Assembly (NCBI GenBank): GCA_964016885.1 | Contig: OZ024740.1 | Location: forward strand, 141,484,001 to 141,548,000 | DNA length: 64,000 nucleotides | Direction: 5' to 3' | Origin: Eledone cirrhosa | Lineage: Eukaryota | Shown: positions 12,708 through 24,382 of the stretch, piece by piece | Position numbering within the stretch: the first letter of the stretch is position 1 | Layout: the number at the start of each line of letters is the position of its first letter | Notes under the pieces: generated by a model | Seen by the model: only the letters and a program-made list of their open reading frames with translations | What the model was told of the DNA's origin: nothing | Databases searched by the model: none | Made by a program: the position numbers and the translations under genes

Positions 12708-13093
12708 CAGGATTGGCAGTATCGGTAGAGAGTCGGACGCCATGCTTTCCAGCATAGTTACGTCCCTTTAAGATCTGAGTTCAAATCCCGCCGAGGTTGA
12801 CTTTGCCTTTCATCCTTACGGGGTCGATAAAATAAAGTACCAGTAATGCACTGGATGATTGCTGGCCTTGTGCCTAAAGTAGAAACAATTATATTATCAT
12901 GCTCAGGACAGTGAATTAGCAGTATCGGTAGAGGGTCAGACATGCTTTCCAGCATAGTTACGTCCCTTTACAGTCTGAGTTCAAATCCCGCCGAGGTTAA
13001 CTTTGCCTTTCATCCTTACGAGGTCGATAAAATAAAGTACCTGTAATACACTGGGTAATTGCTGGCCTTGTGCCAAAAGTAGAAACAATTATT
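12708..13093 (+). mobile_element. Two tandem family-A SINEs
   Basis: Copies at 12708-12890 and 12910-13093, each ending gtagaaacaattat. Confidence 0.92.
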
Positions 13094-13621
13094 AGCATTC
13101 TCAACCATTATCTGCCTATTGCAAGACAATGACCACCCCAAGCTAGTACCAATTGTTCCTATACTTTGTCACTCTCCTCCATGTAATGTCCATAAACTTA
13201 TCACTTTCATCTCTCCATCTTCTTTGACTATGTATATCTCTCTCTCCTTGATCAAACTTTTGTACATAGCATTGTCCATCTTCGGTCATTTGTTTGTTCC
13301 TCATGTCCTTCCCACTTCCATTTTCTTTTCTTAACTCTTTTGATAGCAAACTGCCTGAAACCAGCTCTGTTTCTATGATACAAAACTATTTATTTTAAAG
13401 AAGATATATTTATCTAAAAACCTTCCATTATAATTCTATTTAAGAACTTTTGTTATGTTCCAAACACAAACTTAATGAGACAGCACTCACCAGACCTAAG
13501 ATAAAACAAGGGCCAATACAACCCTATAAATGCAACCACCAGTAACTCATATCATTTATGGGAATTTTAGTATTTGCATTTATTAATGAAAGATTTTGAG
13601 GGATTTACTAAAATTATTTCA

Positions 13622-13828
13622 TGGCAGTATCGGTAGAGGGCTGGAGCCATGCTTTGCAGCATAGAGTTACGCCCTTTTACGGTCTGAGTTCAAATCCTGC
13701 CGAGGTTAACTTTGCCTTTCATCCTTACGGGGTCGATAAAATAAAGCACCAGTAACGTACTGGGGTCGATTTACTCGACTTTCCCCTCCTCTAAATTACT
13801 GGCCTTGTGCCTATACTAGAAATCATTA
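13622..13828 (+). mobile_element. Family-A SINE nested in a piggyBac-type MITE
   Basis: SINE consensus match. The flanks continue the MITE seen at 10875-11100. Confidence 0.85.
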
Positions 13829-14670
13829 AAAATAGTAATTTAACATATGATTCTCGTGTAAAATTATATTGGAAGATTATAATTAAATGGTAACCCTTTA
13901 AAATGGCTGGCTTTGTATCATAGTACTAAAGCTTGTTTTGGCTGGGTTGGTATCAAAAGGCTCTAAAGTTGCACACGGAGTTCAAATTCTGCACCCTATC
14001 CAACCTATATTTGGACAGCAAGGACAGGCAGGTCTAAAACCAGTATAGCTGCCAAAGCTTCATCCTGCAGTGGATCAAAAACAGCTGATTGGTGGTGATG
14101 ATGGTGGCATTTGTCAAACGAAACTGTTCAAGCTTAGAAACAGGTGACAGAACCCGGAAGATCATCTTTTAATAGAAAACACTTGTCTTTTCCTCTTTTT
14201 TTTTTGTTTTTTAGCTATTTCATGCATGATCTATCATTTTAATTTATTGATAAAAGGAACAACAGTTACCGTTACAGAAGTTAGATAGATACTGGCTATT
14301 ATTACTTAGAACTGGCAGCAGGCTAGCCTTAAAGCATGTAAAGGTAAACTTATTGATATCTATCTATATAGCATTATCAGTAGCTGTGAAAGTGTTAAAG
14401 TATTGATAACAGGATTTACTGATAAAATAGTTATGTATGATGTTAAGCTATGTAGATGACAACTTTGTAATAATCATTACACTACTAGTAGCTGTGGACT
14501 ACAGGAAATACAACAAAAACAAGCACTAACACAATGAGCTGGTTAGAACTTTAATTCAACAAACGCCTACAAGTATCAATGAAAGAAACAAACACTGTAG
14601 GCAAGGAAATGGCAGAGTTGATAGGGCATTGGATGATTTGTGGGATTTGTACCAGTTCTTTGCACACTTA

Positions 14671-14808
14671 GGCTATGTGCTATGGCTTAATGTCAAGCTC
14701 ATAATCATAAGGTCAATTTCAATTTCAGGATCAGGGGCTATGTGCTATGGCTTAATGTCAAGCTCATAATCATAAGGTCAATTTCAATTTCAGGATCAGG
14801 GGCTATGT
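14671..14808 (+). repeat. Perfect 65-bp tandem duplication of a SINE head
   Basis: ggctatgtgctatggcttaatgtcaagc...caggatcagg occurs at 14671 and 14736. Confidence 0.92.
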
Positions 14809-16315
14809 TTTGTCCTTGAGTAAAACACTTTATTTCCTGTTATTCCAACCCACTCAGCTGCAAAAACGTTAGTTGCAATGGCATTAGTGTCAAACTTTAT
14901 CAACCTTTGCTTTCCGTTGGACAAGATCAGAGGCATGGAGAGGAGCAACTGGCATGCATGGAAAACTGCTGGTAGTGCACAAAACATCCTGCCCAGGCTT
15001 TGTGCTCCAGAAAGACAAACCTATGGTCAGTCAGTCATAGGGAGAAAACCCATGGCCAGTTATGATCAAAGGGAGCCCTTTCCTTTTTTCTGCAATCTGT
15101 GTTCAAATCCTGTTGAAATCAAATTTGAAGTTCATCCTTTTGGAGTTGATAAAGTAATCAATCTAAGGCAGTGGATTCATGGAATTGCTGGAGCACTGGG
15201 ATGAGATTTTTTGTGATATTTGTTCTGAGTTGAAATTTACCCCCTTTCACTAGACAATGGTGACAAAATAAGACTGGGATCTCTTTCACTGAAACATGCT
15301 AGAGACCTCCTATAAGATGTAGGTTTATGGGAAGGCAGGAAAACCTAATACAAGTATTAACTGTAACAATGACAACAAAAAATAAACTTAGTGAATATTG
15401 TTTCAAACAAATGCAAAGGTGATAACCTTAAATCAAAACTTTCATTCCAAATAGGTTGACGTATGAGAGTATTAATTAGCTTTAAACATCCTGTACTGCT
15501 TGATAAGAAAGACATTTTTGAAAACTACAAGATATCACTCTGAGAGTATCACATAAAATAATTAAAGCCTTTAGTCAAATACTTAAATTTTTTGCAAAAG
15601 TTTATCTACTAATATAAACACTATAAACACTTGAATTAAAACCCCAGTTTTTAGATATTTCCTGCTAAATCATAGCAAGAAGTTAAAAGTTAAATAAAAC
15701 TGGAAATAATCAATGCTGTGATGGAAAATTGACAATGTGGTGTTCGTCTGATCTTTGGTAGATATGATGAGAATTCCAGAAATGTTTCTGTCTTATTAGA
15801 CCTCCTTAGCAAAGTATGATCATCCATGAGTCTGCCATATCAGTACAGAGGAAGGAATATATAAATACATATAATAGAATCTGTATAGCCAAATATCTCT
15901 GCCTGAATCTGTAATTTCTTAGTTGGCTACCAATCAAACTAACTTCTATGGTTGGATTTTAAATCTTTCAATTGTTCTTTTACTGAATTTAGTCATTTGA
16001 CTATGGCCATGATGGGGCATGCCTTCAAGTAATTCAGTTGATCATAGTACTTATTCTATTGATCTCTTTTTTGTTGAATCATTAAGTATTCCATTTGACA
16101 CTCTAATGACTCTGCCAATTTGCTGTTGACTCTGAGGAGTTCATTCAACATTTAACAGCTCATGTTTTTTGTGCTGCCGGGGCTCAACTTACCCTCCTCA
16201 TAAGACCAGAGTCTAGTGGGGAAACCAGTTCAGTTGCCGACCACTCGACCATGAATCAGGCTGTACTGGATTACATGGTACAAGTAGCAGGCAAAAGCCC
16301 GACCTGACTATAAGA

Positions 16316-16346
<31 letters not shown>

Positions 16347-17248
16347 CCTAGCTAAGACAAAAGTGTTGATGAGTAGAAAAGAGGACAAAACCCTGATTCC
16401 GTCAGGGAAATGGCCATGTTCGATATGTAGAAAAGGAACTGGCATAAATTATATAAAATGCACACAATGCAGATCCTGGGTACACAAGAGATGTAGCGGG
16501 ATAGCAGGCAAACTAACAGGTAGGGAGAAATATCTATGCAGTAGATGTACAGAGAAATTAGACAGTAGAAGTTGCATTGATAGCCACATTTTTTCAAATG
16601 CAGGTGGGTGCTATAGAAGTGGTGGATAGCTTCCGGTACCTAGGAGATCAGATTAGCATAGGAGGGGAGTGTTCCGAGGCCATAGTATCTAGAATAAGGA
16701 CGGGTTGGAAGAAGTTTAGGGAGCTGCTTCCTCTGCTGACGAAGAAGGGTTTCTCCCTGCGTACGAAAGGCCGGTTATATGATGCCTGTATGAGGAGCGC
16801 GATGCTGCATGGTAGTGAGAAATGGGCAGCAACTGCAGAGGATATGCGACGGCTGGAGAGAAATGAGGCAAGCATGCTCCGTTGGATGTGCAGTGTCAAT
16901 GTGCGTGAACGACCCAGCATGAATGTGTTGAGAGAGAAACTGTGTCTGAGAGGGCTAGAATGTAGTGTACGGGAGAGGAGACTGAGGTGGTATGGACATG
17001 TGATGCGCATGGAGGGTGACCGATGGGTGAAGAAGTGTCAGGAAATGCCAGTTGAAGGAAGATGTGGTAGAAGTAGACCATGAAAAACATGGGCGGAGGT
17101 GGTGAGAACAGACCTCAGATCGCTGAAGCTCATGGTGGAGATGACGAGGGACCGTGACGAGTGGAGAGATGCTGTGCTGAATAAGACCCGTCCCACCCTT
17201 GCTAGCAGGGAAGAGCAGACGTAAAATGATGATGATGATGATGATGAT
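16347..17248 (+). mobile_element. Well-preserved 5'-truncated RTE LINE with PHD-like finger
   Basis: WPCSICRKG..IKCTQCRSWVHKRCSGI...CSRC, then FRYLGD...ERRLRWYGHVMRM...GRSRP. Has a (gat)n tail and begins at (TA)n. Confidence 0.93.
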
Positions 17249-17625
17249 AATATCATTGTTTAACGTCCATTTTCCACCCTAGCTTAGGTTAGACGAGGTG
17301 TCCTGACATTGTGAGACAAGTCAGATCACCTAACTGTGCATTGCTGTTTCTGGCTTGGTTTCCATGGCTGGCTGCCCTTTCTAATATCAACCACATTTAC
17401 AGGTTAGAACCTTCTTTTCAAATACAAATCAAAAACAATGCATTCTTCTTTAATGGACCAGTAAAAAAAAAACATCATTTTGTTTGGTTTTATTTGTCAT
17501 CCTTTGTCCCAACACCACCATTATATATATATATATATATATATATTTCTACCACATTGTTCTGCCTTTCTGAAGTTCTCATCAATCATTACATATCTTA
17601 CAATGCTTCATATTAACTATATTAC

Positions 17626-17672
<47 letters not shown>

Positions 17673-17720
17673 AGAGAGAGAATTGATGCTTACACTTGCA
17701 GATATATATATATATATATA

Positions 17721-17767
<47 letters not shown>

Positions 17768-17784
17768 GATGCTTACACTTGCAG

Positions 17785-17855
17785 AGAAATGATGTTCAAA
17801 TTCCTCCGACATCGACCAGTCATTTTTCTTGGTGGGAAAGATATCTGTTTTCTAA
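17785..17855 (+). other. Possible isolated small exon (unverified)
   Basis: ttacacttgcAG|...|GTAAGT bounds 71 nt with an open frame RNDVQIPPTSTSHFSWWERYLFS. No homology recognised. Confidence 0.15.
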
Positions 17856-19283
17856 GTAAGTTGGTATCAACCTGGGTCTCTTTATATTGATGTGTGTGTG
17901 ATATATTAATGTGGGGTTAATAGTGCTGATGTAACTGTGGTAGCAACATATGTCAGGCCACATCTCTCTACAAGAGATAGTAGTCGATTAAATTGGTTAT
18001 ATCTGAAAAAGTTAGAAAAAAAGATCATCACACACAAAAAACAACAAAAAAAGCAATAGAATATGGGTTGGACGAGTTGTCATGGTCTGAGACAAGATTG
18101 GTGAGGGAGACCTCATCTTACTCATACATTCCATATTTGGTAAGGTTTCTACAGCTGAATGCCCTTTCTATTGCCAACCACTTTATAGAGTGTACCAGAT
18201 GCAGTTTATCATGACACCAGCATTATCCCTTTACAGAGAGTACTGGTGTATTTTATTGTGACACCAACACTAAAGAAATTGCCAGATACTCAAAAGGGCC
18301 AGAATATCATAATATATATAAAATAATAAAAATAATAACAAATACAGACATAGCCATCTGTTTAAAAAGTTTGCTTTACAGTCACATGGTTCTTGATTTG
18401 AACTCACTGTGCAGCAGCTTGAGCAATATATCTTCTACTATAATCACAAATTTACCAAAATATTTTAATTTAGAAAGTAGTGGTTAGGATATTGGACTAC
18501 TCATAAGGTCATAGTTTTGATAGTTTAAAACACCCAAGAAACCTTTTTGGGGAGGACAGCTAAACTTGCATAAGTCTAAGATGTAAATTCCATTTTTTTC
18601 CCCCTACATACATGCTGACCACCATTTTATATATTAAAAGCTCATAGCAAGCCAAGTTTGTTATCCAGGTCTGATTCTTGGTATCAGTTATTTAACTTAC
18701 AGCATTAATGTTTTTGGGAGAAAGCATGAACATCATAAATTTAAACATGAACATACCTTGAAGACAATAGTTATTGGAGGTGATCGCCTTCTAGGGAATA
18801 TTTCTGATCATGAAATATCAAGAGAATGTTTATCACACTAATGCATGGATATAACATGTATATAATATTTATAGCACTATGTTCATTTAAAAAAAGATTA
18901 AAAATAAAAGTTTTGACAGCTATTCAAGCAAAATAGATACACAATTAAGGTATTACCCACCCGCTTTGTATATATTCATTTTTTCATTTTGAAAAATATA
19001 TAGTAGTAGAATATATAATAGTAGAATACTGAAGGGTTATATCCATAGTAGTAGACCACTCAGTCCATGGGACGAGTTTGGTAGTAGTTCCACAACAGTT
19101 AGTTCACCATACCGAGATCAAATGTTTCACCTTATGTGGTTCCTCAGCTCTGATGAGTTATCGATTCCAGTATCAAGCACGATCACTACTGATTGTACTT
19201 TGTGCTGATCGATTGTGAAACACATGTCACATGTAAATAAATATAGTGATACTTTGTCCCTGCTCCTTATTATTGTTATTATT

Positions 19284-19428
19284 TGGTAGAGGGTCGAACG
19301 TCATGCTTTACAGCATAGAGTTACGCTGCTTTACGGCCTGAGTTTGAATCCCGCCGAGGTTAACTTTGCTGTTCATCCTTACGGGGTCGATAAAATAAAG
19401 TACCAGTAATGCACTGGGATAATTGCTA
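19284..19428 (+). mobile_element. 5'-truncated family-A SINE
   Basis: Consensus match. Confidence 0.88.
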
Positions 19429-19430
19429 TA

Positions 19431-19528
19431 TAATATGGAAATAGCTTCTACAGGACTAGGACTGTTTCATTCGAAGGAAATCATCAGGAAAGCCCAGTTC
19501 TAGTCCTGTAGAAGCCATTTCTATATTA
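19431..19528. repeat. Hairpin with 34-bp arms and a hammerhead-core remnant in the loop
   Basis: aatatggaaatagcttctacaggactag pairs with ctagtcctgtagaagccatttctatatt. The loop on minus reads CTGATGA tttccttcgaat GAAA cagtc. Confidence 0.85.
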
Positions 19529-20079
19529 AATATTTATACTCTGCTATGTATTGAGTACCTTACTTACTGTGGTTACCCGATTGAACCCGGGATACACACA
19601 CATATATATACATATATATTGTTTTTATGTCCACTTCTCCACGCTATATATATATTACTATGAGCTAATATTTGATGATGATAATGACTACTATGATGCT
19701 GTGAAAACCATTCTATAGTTCTGATATATATCCATTATATATTATTTATGTCAGATCTCAGCAGATTTAATTATTAAGCCTTTTGCTTTGACATCTCAGA
19801 ATCTGTTCTCTCCCCAGTGTCAGTGAAATGTGTAAATAATTAATAGAAAGGAAGGAGGCGGCAGTAATGGAGACGTAAAATATGAAATCACACTTGTATA
19901 CACACTGATTAAGATAATTTTACAGCCAAATGTTATAGACGTCACACATAGATAAAAGGAAAAGAAACAAAACATATTATGAACAATGTTTATTATCATT
20001 ATTTTTTAAAGAATGCTGCTATAATAATTGAGAAAAAAATACTGCAACAAGCTTGACTAGCAATTATATATATATATCA

Positions 20080-20632
20080 TTATCATCATTTAACATCCAT
20101 TTTTCCATGCTAACATGGGTTAGAGGAGTTGTCGCATTGTGAAACAAGTCAGATCAGATGACTTTGTCTTGCTCATACAGAACTGTTTTGGGCTTGGTTT
20201 CTACAGCTGGATGCCCTTTCTAACACAAACCACATTTACAATGTGGACAGGGTGTTTTTTGTTGTCACCAACACAACCACTTTACAGTGTGGACTGGGCA
20301 CTTTTTGTTGTGGTATCAAAACAACCACTTTACAGTGTGGACTGGTAGCTGGTGTGTGGGAGGTGCATGTATGTAGAGTGGGAATTGGAGAGGTAAGTCT
20401 CGGGTTGAGTATAAGGACATGGGTGAAGAGTGGAGTGTTAGGATATGGTTGAAGAGAGGAGTGTTAGGATGAGGTGTATGGAAGAGGAAGGAGGGAAGGG
20501 AAAGGGAAAGTGGTGCATACTGGATGTATGCTTCAACCTGTGCACATGGGAATATGGCTCTTCTACATTACTGCATTTCAATCCTATGTCATCGCCTTTG
20601 AGAGGTGCAATTGTGCAAGGTCAGCTTTCATC
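20080..20632 (-). mobile_element. RTE 3' end with long UTR and SINE-like tail
   Basis: Reverse-complement match to 30470-30930. Confidence 0.82.
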
Positions 20633-20635
20633 AAT

Positions 20636-20810
20636 AATAATTGCTTCTGCCTTTGGCACAGGGTCAGCAATTATCCCAGTGTATTACTGGTACTTTATTT
20701 TATCGACCCCATAAGGATGAAAGGCAAAGTTAACCTCGGTGGGATTTGAACTCAGACTGTAAAAGGGCGTAACTCTATGCTGCAAAGCATGACGTCTGAC
20801 CCTCTACCAA
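20636..20810 (-). mobile_element. Family-A SINE
   Basis: Consensus match. Confidence 0.88.
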
Positions 20811-21063
20811 ATAATAACAATAATAAGGAGCAGGAACGAAGTATCAATATAACATCACTATATTTATTTACACGTGACGTGTTTCACAATCAATCAGCAC
20901 AAAGTATGATCGGTAGTGATCGTGCCTGATTCTGGAATCGATAACTCACCAGACTCATAAATTCTCAAATACCACATCAGCAGCCAGACCCATATTAGCA
21001 TTGAGTGCTCAAACTGATGAATCAATAGTAACTTAACGTTACACACTGATACACTATATTATA

Positions 21064-21100
<37 letters not shown>

Positions 21101-21174
21101 AAGTAAATTAAATAAGTCAAATACTCTGATATGCCCAGTTCCTGGTTGGGTTGTTATTTCACTGACTAATTCGG

Positions 21175-21229
21175 ACTGCCTGAAGAGGTCACAGCCAAAG
21201 ATGGCTGTCACCGAAATATATATAGCAGT
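21175..21229 (+). ncRNA. Minimal type-I hammerhead ribozyme fold
   Basis: ACUGC-CUGAAGA-GGUCACAGCCA aaga UGGCUGUCACC-GAAA-UAUAUA-UA-GCAGU. All core nucleotides are canonical. Confidence 0.88.
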
Positions 21230-21399
21230 AATAAACGAAGCTAAATTTTAAACATTTGACTTATTTAATTTACTTTATTTTACATTACTCCGGAGTAACC
21301 AAACCAACCTGCGCACTTCGTCGAGTGCTCCAGCCTGCATACTGAGGTGTTGGTATACAACCAACATATACTCAAAATATATATATATAGAGAGAGAGG

Positions 21400-21805
21400 G
21401 CTTTGGCGCTGTGCAGTAATACAGAAGACCCGCCTTGCCTATGTACAAAGCAAAACCTACAGTCAGTAGGCACCTCTTAACCAAATATATACCCCTACTC
21501 CACCCCACCCCCACTCGCACCAACACCACCCTTTCTCTGTAAAGTTATGTTGGTACCACAACATCCAGTCCAAAATAAATGAGGTTGTGTAGGTGTCACA
21601 ACAAAAAAAAACACACAGTCCACGCTGTAATGTGGCCGTGTAGGTAACATGGTAAAAACCTCGCAGTTCCACACTGTAAACGTGGTTGGTGTTAGGAAGG
21701 GCATCCAGTCGTAGAAAACCTGCCAGACAGCCCTATACGAGCGAGACATGGTCACCTGACCAATCTTGCCTCAAGTAGGACCCATCTAAACCCATGATGA
21801 TGATA
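21400..21805 (+). mobile_element. RTE extreme 3' end with long UTR
   Basis: Close match to 27720-28140. Confidence 0.82.
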
Positions 21806-21896
21806 ATATATACATATATATATATATATAGTGTGTGGGTAGTTCAGTGAAATACTGTTGTTGGTACCAAATCAAGCACTCTATGCACGGGCAGAG

Positions 21897-22226
21897 TGTA
21901 TATGATAGAAAAAAACGAGAAAGTTTCGTTTACATATAAAAAATTATTTATTGTCTATCGACCTGTTAATGCGCGTTTTGCAGAGGATTGGCTCATGGTA
22001 ACCCATAGGAGTTATGGACCCGACTCCAGTATCGATCTGCTCATCAGACTGGCAATGTGACAAAAAAAAAAAATTTTTGATGAGCAGATCGATACTAGAG
22101 TCGGGTCCATAACTCCTATGAGTTACTTTGAGCCAATCCTCTGAGAAACACGTGTAACAGGTCAATACACAATAAATATTTTTTATATGTAAATGAAACT
22201 TCCTCATTTTTTTTTCCATCATATAT
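21897..22226. repeat. Inverted repeat (arms about 150 bp, spacer about 30 bp) with a degenerate hammerhead in each arm
   Basis: 21897-22046 pairs with 22077-22226. Arm consensus is CTGATGA gcaga...tctgc GAAA cacgtg TA acagg. Confidence 0.9.
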
Positions 22227-22231
22227 ATATA

Positions 22232-24382
22232 ACTGATTGTGGGCTAAATGAAGTAGGTATTCTGTTAGCAGAAAAATGGGTAGATAATGTAATCACAGTA
22301 AATAGAGTAAATAAAAGAATCATTAATCTCAGGATAGTCCTAGATAGAACAACTGTAACTATTATATCTGCATAAGCACTACAATTGGGACTATCAGACA
22401 GACTAAAAGACAACTTTTACGAAACCCTAATGGAGATTACTTCTTTAGTGAGTGACAAAAAACTCTTAATCATAATAGGAAAATTTGACGGACATGTTGG
22501 GCAACACAGTGATAGTTTTAATGGAATCCGAGGAAGTTATGGGTTTGGTGCAAGAATTGAGGAAGGATACAGGCTCCTGGAATTCTGCGACACCAATGAA
22601 CTAATGATCTGTAACACTAACTTAAAAAAACCAGACAACCACTGGAACACCTATAGATCAGGTGAGCACACCAGCTAAATAGATTTCAGTCACACCAGAA
22701 AGTGAGGAAGACAATATCCCTCTCTGGTGAGGAATACCTAGTAGTCAGCGATTTGTTAATTAGAACTAGAGGAACTTGGAGACAGAGGGCAACCTGGAGA
22801 AGGATATGGAAGTTGAAGGAACCCTCAGCCTGTAACAACTTTAGGAATATCTGACTTGACACTGTCAATAAGGAAGAAGAAACAGCAACAAACAATATAG
22901 AGCAGTGGGAGTTCCTGAGATATAATTTACTGAAGGCCACAAATGATCTATGTTGCTGGAGCAGAGATCCAGGGACTAGGAGAGTGACATAGTAGTGAAA
23001 TAGTAGAGTGGATAAAACAATTAAGGCTAAGATATAGGCATAGAAAGAATGATAAAAATGGGAGAAGCAGAGAACATTACCAAGAGGCCAGGAGAGAGGC
23101 TAGGTGACAAGCATACTTTGCAAGGGGGGAGGCAATATTGTAAACCGAGTAATACAAAATGGTGCTATACTCAATGAATAGAATAGCAGCATAATCGCCA
23201 ATTGCTTCAAGGGTAAAGGTGATGCACTAGACTGAGGAAACTACTGAGGCATCAAATTGATGGACCAAGTTAAGAAAGTTACAGAAAGAGTCACTGTACA
23301 ACTTAGAAATTGAATTAATTCAGATGAGATACAGTTCGGATTTGTGCCAGGCAAAAGTTTCACGGATGTCCTCTTCCTTGTGAGGCAACTGCAGAAGTAT
23401 CTAGCAAAAAGTAAACCCCTTTACTTGATATTTGTTGATCTGGAGAAAGCATTTGACAGGTCCTCTGTTCTGTATTCTGATGGGCACTTAGGAAACTAGA
23501 GGTTGATGAGTGGCTTGTGAGGGCAGTACAAGTCATATACAGAGATGCAGTTAGGAAGGTTAAAATTAATGTCTAGAGTGAAGAGTTTAGTGTGCAATTC
23601 ATGGTCCACTAAGGCACTGCTCTTAGTCTTCTCCTCTTTATTATCATCCTCCAAGCTATTACAGAAGAGTTTAAAACAGGATGCCCTTGAGAACTTCTGT
23701 ATGCTCATAGCTTAAATCTTATAGCAGAACTAGAAAAAAAATTCCTGACCTGGAAGCATAAGCTGGAATCAAAAGGTCTTCAAGTCAACTTGGCAAAGAC
23801 CAAAGTCCTAGTAAATAGAAAGGAAAACAAAGCCCTGATCCTTTCAGGGAAATGGTCCTGCTCAGTGTGTAGAAATTCCATCCTTTGTCCCAAATGCAAA
23901 TTATGGATACACAAGAGATGTAGTGGGATCTCAGGCAGGCTAGCAAAGAATGTTGTTTTACATGAGGTCGATGCACAGGAGCAGTAAGCAGCAAGTGCTC
24001 ATAGGAAACAAGATCTATCATATTCTTAGAGGGTTCTGCAGGAGAAGTTGACAACTTCTGTTATCTGACTGACCAAATCACAGTGGAGGTGGGTGTTCTG
24101 AGAGTACAGTAGCCAGAGTGAGAACGGGTTGGAGAAAGTTCAGGGAGTTACTACCACTGCTAGCTACAAAAGGTTTTTCCCTCAAAATGAAGGGCAGATT
24201 GTATGATGTGTGTATATGAACAGTTATGTTGCATGGTAGTGAGACTTTGGCACTGTGTGTAGAGGACCTATGAAGATTGAAAAGAAATGAAGCTTGCATG
24301 CTGTGATGGATGTGTAATAGTAATATACGTGAACAGCAAAGCATAAACAAACAGAGAGAGAAGCTAAGAGGAATTAGATGCA
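22232..24382 (+). mobile_element. Decayed RTE LINE (APE endonuclease, RT, PHD-like region)
   Basis: GILLAEKWVDNVITVNRV..., FDGHVGQ...YGFGAR.EEG.RLLEFC, FVDLEKAFDR and CPKCKLWIHKRCSGI. Confidence 0.9.

Noticed and set aside
12770-12800. tRNA genes suggested by gagttcaaatccc B-boxes
   Set aside because: These are SINE heads with no cloverleaf, continuing into the SINE body.
13980-15900. Possible host exons in unique sequence
   Set aside because: Only short open frames, with no recognisable homology or consistent splice pairs.
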